Notes: generated by a model from the letters alone, not told the origin. 64,000 nt of DNA from Selaginella moellendorffii (GCF_000143415.4 NW_003314328.1:895889-959888); one strand, 5' to 3'; shown: positions 11,818-24,069, counted from the stretch's first letter. Translations and numbers: made by a program.

Positions 11818-12958
11818 ACTCTTGTTACCCAAATCCTGGGGGAGATCTTCGCGTTCGATGCCACGTACATCTATGCCAAGGTACACACTGTGTGTTGTTC
11901 TCGCTGTAGAGTTTAATTTGCTGCTGTAGGGCCTGGAGGAAAGGAACCCATATGCACGTTCAGTTCATCTAAGAATGCATGTCTTCAAGGCTAGGCCAAA
12001 AGGTGAGCAGTGTTACATCTTGATCGTGACAAGCCATGGCTGGATGGAAGAAAAGTTAGAAATGCAAATGAACTGAGGTTTAACTGAATGAAGGATCACC
12101 TTTTATAACCTGGAGTGCGTCCCACGCGGCTCCTCGACCAATTGCCAAGAAAGCAGACGAGAAGGCTGGAGGTAGTGTCCAAATAAGAATTAAACTTCCA
12201 GCAATGGGAAATAATACTGTTTTTTTTTTTTGTTTGGAAACAAGATCTAGTAGCATGACGTTATATTTATGAAATCACTTCTGGGTTACGTGCCACCGCG
12301 TTTGACCTTTCTGCTGGAGCATTCTTACGTCTGTGAGTTTTATCTGATGATCTGACACAAAAGATTGATATCCCAATCACCTGTCACCCAATGTTTTGCT
12401 TCACCTGAGTGCTTACAACAATGTTTCTACTATTGGTCTCTTTTTTTCTGGCAAACCAGATATCATGAACATTAGAAGCGATTGCAATACTTGTCCTATT
12501 GCTCTCATTTGTGTGTGCATTTGCAGAACTGCCATTTGTGCTCTTCAGAACATCCCTAGAGAGATTGTGATGACCATTTGCCAAGTTTCAAATCAAGAAA
12601 ACACTAAATAATAGCCCAAATCTAAGATGATTGCTTCAAGAGATGGCTAACGTCTCCTAGCTCCCACACCAAGCCCCCATGCAACTTAGCTCACCCAAGT
12701 TCAAGACAAGGGAATTGCCTGCTGGAATCCAAAAGCTCGGAAACCAAAAAAGAATATGGAACGTCAAACTCTACTGAAAAATCCAAATCCAACCAGGTGT
12801 GAAAGAACAACAGCTGCCAAAGAACAGGCCTTTGTCCACATTGCCCAGCTTCGCCAGTGCTCCCTCCAGAACCTCATAGTTCTCAATAAACTTATCATTC
12901 TTGGTTGTCTCCACACATGAATCACAAAAAGCTGTGGGATAAATCATATCAAGGATTT

Positions 12959-15900
12959 TGTTAGGTGCCAGCTTTGACTACGTGGTCAATGTCGGTCAAA
13001 GGGAGGCTCAAGGGTATATTAAGGCATGTTAGGGTAAAGGACAAAAACCTATCCTAGGGCTCACAGTGGAGCGGCGGCGCAATGGAGCTTTTGAGGTAGC
13101 TCGGGGGTGGGTTGGGTGGTGAGGAACCTCAAGAGGTGGCGTAGCATAGTCTAGGGCAACTAGATCTTTGTCTTTTTGCGCCGGATCATAACATTGGTAT
13201 TAGAGATAGGTTGGTTGCGATGGCCAACCAAGCTGAACGCTGGAATCCTATCATCGATGGTGGTGCCGACGATGGTGCCGACAAAGCTGCGGAGATTTGG
13301 ACCATTCAAGATGTGGTTCATGAGCTGCGAGCCCTTAATAAAAATCAGCAAGAGATGCAAGACGAGATGCATGGCATGATGGATACCATGCGTGGGCGTG
13401 TTGAGGCACTCGAGGCTAGACAGGGTAGCGCTCCAAGTAAGCCTTCTTTGGTAGATCGACTCAAGATTCCAACCTTTTTCGGTGATGGTAGTGTGGACGA
13501 GTGTCTCACTTGGCTAGCCAATGTGAAGAAGTTCTTGGCTGCTAGAGGAACTCCAGATGCAGAGGCTTTAGTGGCTATTCCGATGGTTTTGCATGATGCG
13601 GGTCTTCGATGGTGGAATTGGCTTGAGGAGTCCCGTGTTGCGAATAAGAAACCACCAGTGTCTACCATGGATGAATTTGAGGTTGCTTTTCGTTTACGTT
13701 TTGCCCCTCATTACGACGTGGAGAATGCTCGTACAGAACTTCGTCATTTCCAGCAAGGGAAAATGACGCTCGGGGACTATATTGAGAAGCTTACTCGCTT
13801 GATTAGTCGTGTTCCAGGATCCAGATCAGAACAAGTCCTACTTCATTGATGGCCTACATAATGAGAGCATGCGGCAACACTTGCGTCATTCTCAGCCTAC
13901 AAAGAGTTTGGAGGAGCTCTTTGATGCAGCTCGTCACCTTGACAATGACAAGCACAAGTCTCGCAAGCGTTCGCGGAGTCCTTCTGTCGAGAATCGTCGT
14001 GATAATCGCCATGGACACAAGGATGGGAACAAGCATCACAAGTTGAAGTCAGTGGTGACTACTTCAGATGCAAAGGGGTCCAAGAAGCAGAAGTTCTTTG
14101 TGAAGAATTATAGACAGTCATCATTGCGGCGAACTTGGACACTACAAGGCTGATTGTCCGCAGTTGAAGAACAAGCAGTAGGACAAGAAGAATGGCCAAT
14201 CATCTTCTCACGGTAAGTCAGATACTAAAAAGTTGCAAGCTTTATAGCGTGAGGATGACGAGAGCTCGAGGATACGCGTGAATCAGCTTTAATGTTGGAG
14301 GGCGTGTTCCGTGGCGATCCAGTGCGGATTTTACTGGATAGTGGGAGCGATGACAACTTTGTTTCGGCAAAGTTTGTTGCGGAGCATCGCCTGAACACAC
14401 GTGGAGTTCTTCCATACACAGTGGAAGGTGCAGCTACCTCTGCTCAGCATTTCGATGCTTGTGTCGAGGGGCTAGAAGTGTTGGTTGGCAAAACCACATT
14501 TGTGGAGACTTTTTATCTCGCGGATATCCATCGTGTGGATCTCATTCTTGGGATGCCATGGTTGGTGAAGGTGGATCCAGAGATAAAGTGGAGCATTAAG
14601 CGTATCTCGCTGGAGTATAGTGGCGTTAAAGATGTGTGGTTTGGCGAGGGCGTTCAACCACCAGTTGTTATGCTCTCTGCTACATCTTTGAAGCGGGCTT
14701 GTCGTAATGGAAAAACACTTTCAAGTTACTTGCTGTTTGTTCGTGACTTGAGGGACCAAGGCACGTGTGGGGGAGAAGCAGCAGTACGGGATGTACTTGA
14801 CGAGTTTTCTAATGTTTTTCCATCTGAACTTCCTCATGGATTGCCTCCATTACGAGGTGTGGAGCATGGGATTACATTGGAGCCGGGGACGCGGCCAATT
14901 TACCGACGTCCATTTCGGTTAAACTATGTGGAGGAGCAAGAAGTTCAACGACAAGTCAAGGAGTTACTTGAGTTTGGATTTATTCAGCCAAGTATGTCTC
15001 CGTTTGGTGCTCCGGTCTTGCTTGTGAAGAAGAAGGACGGTTCAATGCGGATGTGTATTGACTACCGTGCTTTAAACAAGAAGACAGTGAAGGACAAGAT
15101 GCCGATGCCACGTGTGGATGATATCCTGGACAAGCTTGGTGAAGCACGAGTGTTTACCAAGATTGATCTGAGGAGTGGATATCATCAGATTGTAATGGAT
15201 GATGCATCTATCTCCAAGACGGCATTCAACACAAGCTTCGGACATTTTGAGTTTACCGTTATGCCGTTTGGTTTGACGAATGCACCAGCCACATTTACTC
15301 GGTTGATGACGGAGGTCTTTGGGCGTTATCTTCACGAGTTTGTGGAGATTTTCTTGGACGATATTCTTGTTTTTAGCAAGAATATGGAGGAGCATAGGGT
15401 GCATTTGCGCAAGGTTCTTTTGTTACTTCGAGATAGCAAACTTTATGCGAAGAAGAGCAAATGTGAATTTGCAAAGTCGGAGGTGGAATATCTAGGCCAT
15501 ATTGTGACATCTAAGGGTGTCAAGACGGATCCAAGGAAGGTGGTTGTGGTGGAAAACTGGCCTACACCGACTACAGTGGCTGAGTTGCGCAGTTTTCTTG
15601 GTATGGCTAGTTACTACCGACGTTTCCAGCATAAGTTTGCAGAGGTGGCTATTCCTTTGACGCAGTTGTTACGTAAGAATGTGCCATTCGAGTGGAAGAC
15701 GCCACAAGAGGAGAGTTTTGTGGCGCTGAAACAATTGTTGAGCGAGGCTCCAGTGCTTCGCATTGCTGATCCATCGAAACCTTACGAGGTGACATGCGAT
15801 GCGAGTGGTTATGCACTGGGAGGAGTTCTCATGCAAGAGGGACAGCCTATTGCATATGAGAGTCGAACTTTGAATTCCGCTGAGCAACGCTATTCCACAT

Positions 15901-17797
15901 ATGAGCAAGAGTTACTCTCTATTGTTCATGCTTTGCGGACGTGGCGGCACTATCTTTATGGTGCAGTGTTCGTAGTGTTGACAGATCACAAACCACTTGT
16001 GTATCTTTTCACACAGAAGGAGTTGAACACTAGGCAAGCTCGTTGGATGGTCAAACTCATGGAGTTTGGGGGGTTTCCTATTGAGCATCGTCCGGGAAAA
16101 TCAAATGTGGTGGCGGATGCTTTATCTCGTGTTCGTCATGTGACGACGTTACGAACACGATTTTGTCATCATTTGAGTAAGGTGGTCAGCGAGTTTGGGC
16201 AATTGGTTGAGCATGCTCAAGCTCAGGATGCTGAGGTAGCCTCTTTGCGAGCCCAGATGGAAGCCCCTTTCTCATTGGTGGATGGGATTCTCTACTACAA
16301 TGGTTGTGTCTATTTGCCACAGGTGGATGTGTTAATTACTCAAGTTTTATTCCACTATCATGATCGTCCAAAAGCCGGTCATTTTGGAGGGAAGAAGACG
16401 TATGAGTTGATTAAGTGCAACTTTTATTGGAGGAATATGAAGGCTGATATCCTCAAGTATTGTAAATCATGCGAGCTTTGTCAGCGGGTTAAGGTGCCAC
16501 GGGAAAAGCCGGGGGGACTTTTGCAACCTTTACCTATTCCTCAGAGCCGTTGGTATAGTATCTCTATGGACTTCATCACTTGTTTGCCACGAACACAGAG
16601 GCAAAAGGAGCAAGTATGGGTCATAGTGGATCGGTTGACGAAGTATGTGCGGTTGTTGGCTCTTCGGAAGACTGTCACTGCCTCAGACTTGGCTGCGGTT
16701 TACTTGGAGAAAGTTTTTCCTGATTTTGGTTTGCCGGAGGACATCATTAGTGATCGAGATTCAAAGTTCACTAGTGGATTTTGGAAAAGCTTTGCAAAGG
16801 CTATGCAAGTGACTTTGAAACTCTCGAGTGGAGATCATCCTCAGACGGATGGGCAAACTGAGCATGTGAATCAGGTGGTGGAGGATATGCTACATTGTAG
16901 CATTGGTCAAAGGCAAGGACAATGGGATTTATATCTTCCGTTAGTGCAATTTGCTTACAACAATAGCCAACACAGTGGAACCAAACTAAGTCCTTACTTT
17001 GCCATGTTTGGAAGGCATCCTCGAACAGCGGTGGAGTTGGGATTGCATTTGAGTAAAGACGTTCAAGAAAAGCTTGATTCCGAGGCAACTGATTTGGCCA
17101 CAGAACTTGATGAGATTCTAGTGGTGTGCAAACGGAATTTGCAAGCAGCTCAGGATAGAGCGGAGAAGTTTGCCAATGAGCATTGCCAATTCCGGGAATA
17201 TAAGGTGGGTGATCTCGTCTTCGTGCGAGTGATCTTTCCGTCAAGTGAACGGCGGAACACCTTGGTGCCTTTATGGATAGGGAAGAGTGATAAACTCTCC
17301 CATCGATATGCTGGTCCATATGAAGTGCTGGAGCGCATTGGTAAAGCAACTTATCGGGTGCGGCTGCCAGCTGGGGTGAAAATTCATCCGGTATTTTATG
17401 TCAGCTAGTTGAAAGGTGTACTATCTCAGAGTGACGGGCCCAATGCCTCCTTGATGTATACGGTTGTGGAAGATGGACCAGGAGCTTGAGCAGGATTCCC
17501 CAGAAAGGGTGATCACCAGTACAACTCGTCCTTGGGACAAGGACTTTGTTGCGGGGGAAGAATTGTTAGGCGCCAGCTTTGACTACGTGGTCAACATCGG
17601 TCAAAAGGAGGCTCAAGGGTATATTAAGGCATGTTAGGGTAAAGAACAAAAACCTATCCTAGAGCTCACAGTAGAGCGGCGGTGCAGTGGAGCTTTTGAG
17701 GTAGCTTGGGGGTGGTTGGGTGGTGAGGAACCTCAAGAGGTGGCATAGCATAGTCTAGGGCAACTAGATCTTTGTCTTTTTGCGCCAGATCATAACA
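12959..17797 (+). mobile_element. Full-length Ty3/Gypsy LTR retrotransposon with 5-bp TSD GATTT
   Basis: LTRs 12959-13193 and 17564-17797 (TGTTAG...TAACA); TSD at 12954-12958 and 17798-17802; degenerate iMet PBS tggtattagaga; PPT gggggaagaa; frameshifted gag with CCHC; pol downstream. Confidence 0.97.
14292..17408 (+). CDS. pol: Gypsy Pol polyprotein (protease, RT, RNase H, integrase)
   Basis: 1038-aa ORF with LLDSGS, FLDD, CDASG, HHCC (H..GH..CELC), MDFI, SDRD, GPY. Confidence 0.92.
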   Translation: MLEGVFRGDPVRILLDSGSDDNFVSAKFVAEHRLNTRGVLPYTVEGAATSAQHFDACVEGLEVLVGKTTFVETFYLADIHRVDLILGMPWLVKVDPEIKWSIKRISLEYSGVKDVWFGEGVQPPVVMLSATSLKRACRNGKTLSSYLLFVRDLRDQGTCGGEAAVRDVLDEFSNVFPSELPHGLPPLRGVEHGITLEPGTRPIYRRPFRLNYVEEQEVQRQVKELLEFGFIQPSMSPFGAPVLLVKKKDGSMRMCIDYRALNKKTVKDKMPMPRVDDILDKLGEARVFTKIDLRSGYHQIVMDDASISKTAFNTSFGHFEFTVMPFGLTNAPATFTRLMTEVFGRYLHEFVEIFLDDILVFSKNMEEHRVHLRKVLLLLRDSKLYAKKSKCEFAKSEVEYLGHIVTSKGVKTDPRKVVVVENWPTPTTVAELRSFLGMASYYRRFQHKFAEVAIPLTQLLRKNVPFEWKTPQEESFVALKQLLSEAPVLRIADPSKPYEVTCDASGYALGGVLMQEGQPIAYESRTLNSAEQRYSTYEQELLSIVHALRTWRHYLYGAVFVVLTDHKPLVYLFTQKELNTRQARWMVKLMEFGGFPIEHRPGKSNVVADALSRVRHVTTLRTRFCHHLSKVVSEFGQLVEHAQAQDAEVASLRAQMEAPFSLVDGILYYNGCVYLPQVDVLITQVLFHYHDRPKAGHFGGKKTYELIKCNFYWRNMKADILKYCKSCELCQRVKVPREKPGGLLQPLPIPQSRWYSISMDFITCLPRTQRQKEQVWVIVDRLTKYVRLLALRKTVTASDLAAVYLEKVFPDFGLPEDIISDRDSKFTSGFWKSFAKAMQVTLKLSSGDHPQTDGQTEHVNQVVEDMLHCSIGQRQGQWDLYLPLVQFAYNNSQHSGTKLSPYFAMFGRHPRTAVELGLHLSKDVQEKLDSEATDLATELDEILVVCKRNLQAAQDRAEKFANEHCQFREYKVGDLVFVRVIFPSSERRNTLVPLWIGKSDKLSHRYAGPYEVLERIGKATYRVRLPAGVKIHPVFYVS

Positions 17798-18000
17798 GAT
17801 TTGGCACTGTGGAGAGAAAGCAGCCCTTCTTGTTGATGAGATCGGTCCAAAATGGTGCCATGCACGGAAGAATGCATCCTGCGGCAAGAGTGGGCTTGTT
17901 TCATATGTGAATTTCCGAGAAGGCAACAAGAGATACGTATATACTCTACCACGTAAAAGAATATTCTAATAAAATTAAGCATATCCTTTTTCTCTCTCTA

Positions 18001-18713
18001 TCACTTTCCTCTGTACACCGCGGAGCGAGCCACGAGAAACTCTTTGAGCGCCTCGACTGTGGGCAGCGCGAGCTTGGCAGCGGGATGCGCGAGTACGGAC
18101 TGGAAGAAGTTGTGGAGACGCGGGCACTGCTCCTGGCTCGCGGGCTTCAAGCCCATCACGCCCACAATCCCTGGGATCCACACCGCGTAGGGGGCGAGCA
18201 TCACATCCAAGAACGACATTCTCGCTCCGCCAAAGAATGGGCCTTCTTCCTCATTGCCCAGCTTCGTGAATGCTCCCTCGAGAAGCTCGCAGTTCTCGAT
18301 AAACTCCTCGTTCTTGGCGTCTCCACGCATGAATCGCATCAAGCAATCCAGAAGCTGTGCGATGGATCACATCAGGGATGTGTGGCTCTAGAGACGCATA
18401 CCTTCTTGTCGATGAAATCGGTCCAGAAGCGATACTCTGCGCGGAGGGAAGCGTCCGGAGGCAGCAGTGGAGATTCTCCGCGCCAGACCTCGTCGATGTA
18501 CTGAACAATAATGACCGATTCCACAATGGGCTTCCCATTGTGGATGAGAACCGGGACCTTCTTGTGGATTGGATTGGATTCGAGCAGGAGCTGGCCCTTG
18601 TTCCTCAGGTCCTGGGGAAGATCGTCGTGCTCGATGCCTTTGAGTAGCAATGCAATCTTCACTCGCAGAGAAAAGTGGCTCACCCGGGAGCTGAGCAGCG
18701 TCACGCCTTCCAT
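18001..18713 (-). CDS. GSTU: Tau-class glutathione S-transferase (exons 18713-18402, 18354-18001; 221 aa)
   Basis: SHFSLRVKIAL, SNPIHKKVPVLIHNGKPIVES, single GT-AG intron after FIDKK, FFGG..SFLDV; frame intact. Confidence 0.93.
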
Positions 18714-18852
18714 GGATCCGGAATGGATTGGAAAATGAGGTCTCGAGAGAACAGTAGAATTCTAGAATGCGATAAATCCAAACAGTAGTGACATTGTCAT
18801 TATATTACATTAGATACCTCCAACTTTTTCTTGTTATTAATGCAAAGGCTAT

Positions 18853-19588
18853 CTACTTCTTTACCGCAAAGCGAACCTGGATAAATTCCTTGAGCTTCTC
18901 GACCGGGGGCAGTGCGCCCTTGGCAGCCGGATGCTCGGACACGGCCTCGAAGAACTTGTGGAGACGCGGGCACTGCTCCTCGCTGGCATGCTTCAAGCCC
19001 ATCACTCCCACAATCCCGGGGATCCACACGACGAAGGGAGCGAGCATCACATCTAAGAAGGAGAAGCTCGCGCCGCCGAAGAAGGGACCCTCTTGTGTAC
19101 TTCCCAGCTTCGTCAAGGCCCCCTCGAGAAGCACGCAGTTGGCGATGAATTCCTCGTTTGCGGCATCTTTGTCGTTCCCGTGCACGAAACGCATAAAGCA
19201 GTCCAGCAGCTGTACAAGCAAAGGCGTGAGATCGAGTAGATTTCTCGAGATTTATAAAACATACCTTCTTGTCGATGAAATCGCTCCAGAAGCGGTGCTC
19301 TGCGCGGAGGAATGCGTCTTTCGGCAAGAGTGGCGATGTTCCAGGCCAAACCTCGTCGATGTAGTGGACGATGATGGCCGACTCTGCGATGGGCTTGCCC
19401 TTGTGGATGAGAACCGGGACCTTCTTGTGAACTGGATTGGACTCGAGTAGGATCTTACTCTTGTTGCCCAAATCCTCGGGGAGATCTTCGTGCTCGATGC
19501 CCTTGAGCAACAGTGCAAGCTTGGCTCGCATCGAGAAGGGGCTGGGCCAAAAGGTGAGCAGTGTTACATCTTGATCACTAGAAGCCAT
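18853..19588 (-). CDS. GSTU: Tau-class glutathione S-transferase (exons 19588-19265, 19209-18853; 226 aa)
   Basis: WPSPFSMRAKLAL, SNPVHKKVPVLIH, conserved intron position, intact frame. Confidence 0.94.
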
Positions 19589-19888
19589 TGGAATTGGGAA
19601 ATCGAGAAGAAAGATCTGGAAATGCGAGAGGCTGGAGAAAGGTTTGTTGGAGTCGCGCTTTATATAGTCCGTGTGATCCACGGGGAGCGGAATTTCCGAG
19701 AAACAGGAGACGAAGGCTTCAAGGGAGTTCCAGAACATAATTCGTACCTTCGTTAGGCCACGATTGACTGAGAAGAGATATTCGAGAAGAGATCTTCGTG
19801 AATGTCCGTAGAACACTTAAGTTTTTAACCCGGTTATTCCCAAGCCCACCACCCGAGCGACCACAGTTTGTTAGACCGAAGCCAAAGA

Positions 19889-21360
19889 TCACGATCGAGT
19901 GTCGGTAGAACACAAGTCTGTGAACAGCATCAGGTTATTCCGAGAGCCACCACCCGATGCCGCTGCCTTTCTCGCCGCGTCCCTGAATTCCCTCGTTCTC
20001 GCCTTTCGAGCTTTGTCGTTGACGATCCTCGCAATGGCCTCAGCAATCTCCTCCCGCTTCACAAACGCGTCGGAGCTCCTCCCGTCCGAAACTTCCACCC
20101 CGATGCGGCACCTCTCCGCCATGATCTTGCGGTTGAGCCCCTGCTCGTATATCCGAGGCCAGCAGATGATCGGCACGCCGCTGGAGACGCTCTCCAGGAC
20201 CGAGTTCCATCCGCAGTGGCTCACGAATCCAGCCACTGCCCTGTGCGCCAGAACTTCTCTCTGCGGCGCCCATGAAACCACCAGGCCTCGTCCCTTGGTC
20301 CGCTCGACGAAGTTCTTGTAGAAGTCACTGTTCTTCACCAGGACTGTCGTGTCTGCTTCGTCCACGAACTGGGGCGGCCTGACTGTGAGCAAGAACGGCA
20401 CCTTGCTCGCCTCCAAACCGAGCGCGAGCTCCTCGAATTCCTCCTGCGACAGCTTCGCTATGCTGCCGAATGCGACATAGAGGACTGAGTCTGGCTCCTG
20501 CGTGTCGAGCCAGTCGAGGCATTCCCTGTCCTCCTTGAGAAAGCTCAGCACGGACTTCAAGTCGCCGTGATCATCCAGCACCGGGAACAAGGGACCGATT
20601 GGCAGAAACTTGTCGTTGAAAAGCTTCTTCATCGCGTCCACCACCTCGGGCTCCAGCTCGTGGAATGTGTTACACAGGATCCAGGACGACGCCTTGAGCC
20701 GCTCGGCTCCAGCACGAAAGTACTCAAGCACGGCTTCCGTGTAGTGCCATGGAAGATCAGACTGCTTGATCGAGTCTATCCCCGGAATGTAAGTGATTTC
20801 TCGGTCCTCGCCATCTGATTTTAAACAAGACAAAGATTTAGAGCTATAAGAGTTGACAAAGACAAACCTTTTATCGGAAGATCGCCTTCGGAAATAAGCA
20901 GTGGGACGTGGTACTCAACAGCAAACCAAGCCGCACTTCCAGGCCAGTAAACAGCGTATGGAATTCCAAATTCGCTGGCGACTGGAGCACACCATGATCC
21001 AGCATAGTGATCAGAGATTATGACGGTAATGCGAGGTCCACTGTCATTCAGAGCTTGGATCAAATTCTTGAACTCGCCGCCGAGATCGTAAACTGCTCTT
21101 GAAAAGCGCATTAGATCAGCTTCTGCAGCAGCGAGAACTCCTTTCGACAAATCCACCGCGGGATGAAGAGGCTCCAGCCTGATATCCAACTCCGAAGGAA
21201 AATCCCATACCTTGATCTGCTCATGAATGGAAACCACGTTGGCGATGGTAACTGCGCATCCGAGTTCTGCCAGCTTCTTGCCGAGGAACACAACTGGCGA
21301 AAAGTGCCCCTGAGCAGGATACGGGACGAGTACCACATGTGGTCTGCCTGCAAACATCAT
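19889..21360 (-). CDS. UGT: Family-1 UDP-glycosyltransferase, copy 1 (exons 21360-20868, 20814-19889; ~472 aa)
   Basis: PHVVLVPYPAQGH N-terminus; PSPG box WAPQREVLAHRAVAGFVSHCGWNSVLESVSSGVPIICWPRIYEQ. Confidence 0.95.
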
Positions 21361-21489
21361 ATTGTCAATGCAGTTTCTCTAGAAGAAGAAGAAAGAACGA
21401 ACCTGAAGCGCTATATTTTGGTGGAGTAGGCCAGCTGACACACCGAAGCCCGTTCCTCGCCCTTCCACGTTGGCTTTTTCCGGAAAGAA

Positions 21490-23649
21490 TCATTCTTCCG
21501 TCTCGGGGAAAACGAGTGGACACTTGTCGCAGGTTCCTGCCTTCAGTAACACTCTGGCAGCCTCATCCAGTAGAAAGCTGAAAATCTCCTTCGCAATTTG
21601 CACTGCTATTCTCTGTAGCTCCTCCTCTGTGCCTGCCCAGTTTGCCTCTTTACTAACATCTCCCTGGTGAAGGCCTTCGACTGACTGCTGCTGGAGGCCT
21701 GTGTTATGGCATATCTCACTCCAAACGTCTCGCAGAAGTCCCCGGCTCGAAGGCTTACAAGACTTCCGAGCCAAAATCTCGTTGACGACGTCGAAGAGAA
21801 ACCGGCGATGAGATAAATTGTCAGGATTTCCTTGATAGTCTGCTTCCAGCGTCTGAAAAGCTTGAGAAATAGCCACAGACCTTCGACTGCCACACTCATA
21901 AAGGGGCGGATTCTTGGACGCCAAAAGTACCTTAGAAACGTAGACAAGATCTGCTAGACGAGTATCAGCCACAGGTTTCTCTGTGTTTACTCCCCGATTC
22001 GGTGCTTTTAAAAATCGACGAGTTTCTGCAAGACACCACGTTAATTCAGAGAAAGAAAAACTTGTTCATAGGTAGGATTACCTCCCGAGTGTCTTTTGCG
22101 AAGTTCCAAAATAGAAGACACTGGACTTGTCTGCTGTGAAGAGAGCAACGCCTCGCTCGCATTTCCAGTGGCCTGAAAAAATTCGTCATCGAGAGAAAGA
22201 CGACCTTGGAAACCATACCTCTACGATTTCAACTTGAGGCGCCAGTCGTGTATCATAAACTTCAGAAAAGGTACTCTGTTCTAGCGTGTCTCCAGGCCCG
22301 TCTTCGTCCACGAGAGCCTGCTTTCTCGAAAGTTTTATTGGCGTCGTTTGGTATGCTGGCGAAGAAGTCGTAAGATTCGCACTTTCCAAACTTTGGTGGC
22401 AACTGATATATCGTCTCAGCGTCGGAGTGGAAGCGTCTTGGATGTCCAGTGGCGTCCGTTCCGGCGAAGGCAAATGCGAGCTGACGTCTCTGAAAGCACT
22501 CTCCCGAGCCTTCCTGGCGATCTCTTGAGCGATTTCTTTCGCATCCTTGGAGCCATCTCTGAGGCGATGTACAACGAACTCCTGCCAGATTGCTGCTGCG
22601 TTTTGGTTTCGGTGACAGCGTGCAGTACTTTCTCCCTGGCTGGAGAGTCGGGCTCAAACTCCTCCCTGTGAAATCGCGGTTGCGTTTCAAAGACTTTGTT
22701 GCTGGTTGTTTCCCCCGAGAATCTGGAGAGTGCGGCTTGTTGATCATCACCTTCTCGTGAAATTGTCTAGTTTCTCTTGTGCTAGCATGTACTGGTGGAG
22801 AACAGGACCCTGTTTCTTGTCTTCCCTTTGCCGGACCAGGCTTCAAAACTACAATCCTCGTCGAACCATTGTCAATAGAGACTTTCTTTCGAGTTTCAGC
22901 ACGTTGCCCTTCATGTCCGTTCAACAAGAGATGGAGAAGAGTTGGCGTCTTCAAAGGCTCCTCATTCACAGGCTCCACTGGACTTTCAAACTGGAGAAAG
23001 CTGTCCTTACTCGGCTCGAGAGACCGCATCGCTTCCAAAAGCTGCTGGGATCGGTGCGTAACCCTCGGAGAGTAATTCGGTGTTGTACCCTCCCGGAAAG
23101 TCTTGCCCAGCACTGACTTTGTGGCTCTTGAAAACTGGCCAGCTTCTTGCGACTGTGTCTCGAGAGTTTGTGCGAGACAGCTTCTATCATCTTCGCCCTT
23201 TCCAACGAAGAGCCGTTCCTCTTAAGCATGTCACCCATTGTCTCCACCGGCATTGTCTCGAGACCCATAAGTCTTGCCACTACACCCGGTGGTTTTGCTT
23301 TTGCACACGTTGAAAGAACGCTATGCTTCGCAGCTGGAATCTCAAAGCCAAACTGGAAGATCATATGGTGAGACACACGAATAGAAAGAAAAAATAAAAG
23401 CAAAGAACACTTACGGGGATCCATCGAGAACTCGGGACTGGAGTCTGGACAATCCAGGCTATTCCTCGGAGCTTCGACTCCTGGAAGAAAAATCTAAGGG
23501 GCTCGATCGACACGCAAGAAAAATCAATGCTGGTTTGGTATACCTTCTCGATTCCTCCTGCAAGATCGATTGGTGCTCCCGCTGGAGAAGATCCCGAATA
23601 TCGGAGTGGTCATGCCTTGTACCAAACGATAATCCACCTTAAGACCCAT
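21490..23649 (-). pseudogene. TRM/LONGIFOLIA-like gene (VARLMGL + DUF4378), copy 1, frameshifted
   Basis: APRNSLD, PPGVVARLMGLE, TRIVVLKPG, SPVSSILE, RRFLFDVVNEIL. Indels relative to copy 2 at ~23160 (-4), ~22712 (+2) and ~22582 (-1). Confidence 0.8.
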
Positions 23650-24069
23650 CAATCCCTGACATTCTCGCGTGCGCGCTTACTTTGGAATGGAGAATCCCTC
23701 GCCCGGCGCTCGCGAAAGAGCTCCTCGATCGCGAAGAAAGGAATGATATAACGAGGAAGACCTAGAAAGAAGAAAACGTGCCTTTGGAAGAGCGCAAATT
23801 GAAAGCTTCTTACCCGCCGCCAACTTTTACACAACGACATTGACCGCTGGTAAAGTCTGGAGACTTTTACCAGATGATCTCGTGAACAGTGTGACGGATA
23901 TTCTATTAGGGTAGGAAAAAAAGATAACTTAATTTGTAAGAATTTAACTTGAATAATCAACTTAATTTACCACGCTCCTGTTCATTAACGACTTGATCTG
24001 GATAAATTTGTGACAAAAAATTAAATTTCAGAGGGCTATATTTTTTCCACAAAGTAAACCTGTTCTAAT

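Larger units (their letters stand above)
10873..12037 (-). pseudogene. Shattered tau-class GST pseudogene (counterpart of 31033-31759)
   Basis: Body 10873-11495 has frameshifts and has lost its intron donor. A duplicated fragment sits at ~11815-11862 and the N-terminus MACHDQDVTLLTFWPS at ~11988-12037. Confidence 0.85.
12830..17895 (-). pseudogene. Degenerate GST fragment interrupted in its intron by the second Gypsy
   Basis: GST exon-2-like sequence at ~12830-12935 and exon-1-like sequence (...cttcttgttgatgagatcggtccaaaa...) at ~17826-17895 flank the element. Confidence 0.65.

Noticed and set aside
14150-14292. Programmed recoding at the gag/pol junction of the second Gypsy
   Set aside because: No clear slippery site or structure; the stops look like CGA/CAG transition decay.
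18800-19816. 338-aa ORF suggesting an extended GST
   Set aside because: Read-through of 5' UTR, exon 1 and intron into the wrong frame; the spliced 226-aa model fits better.
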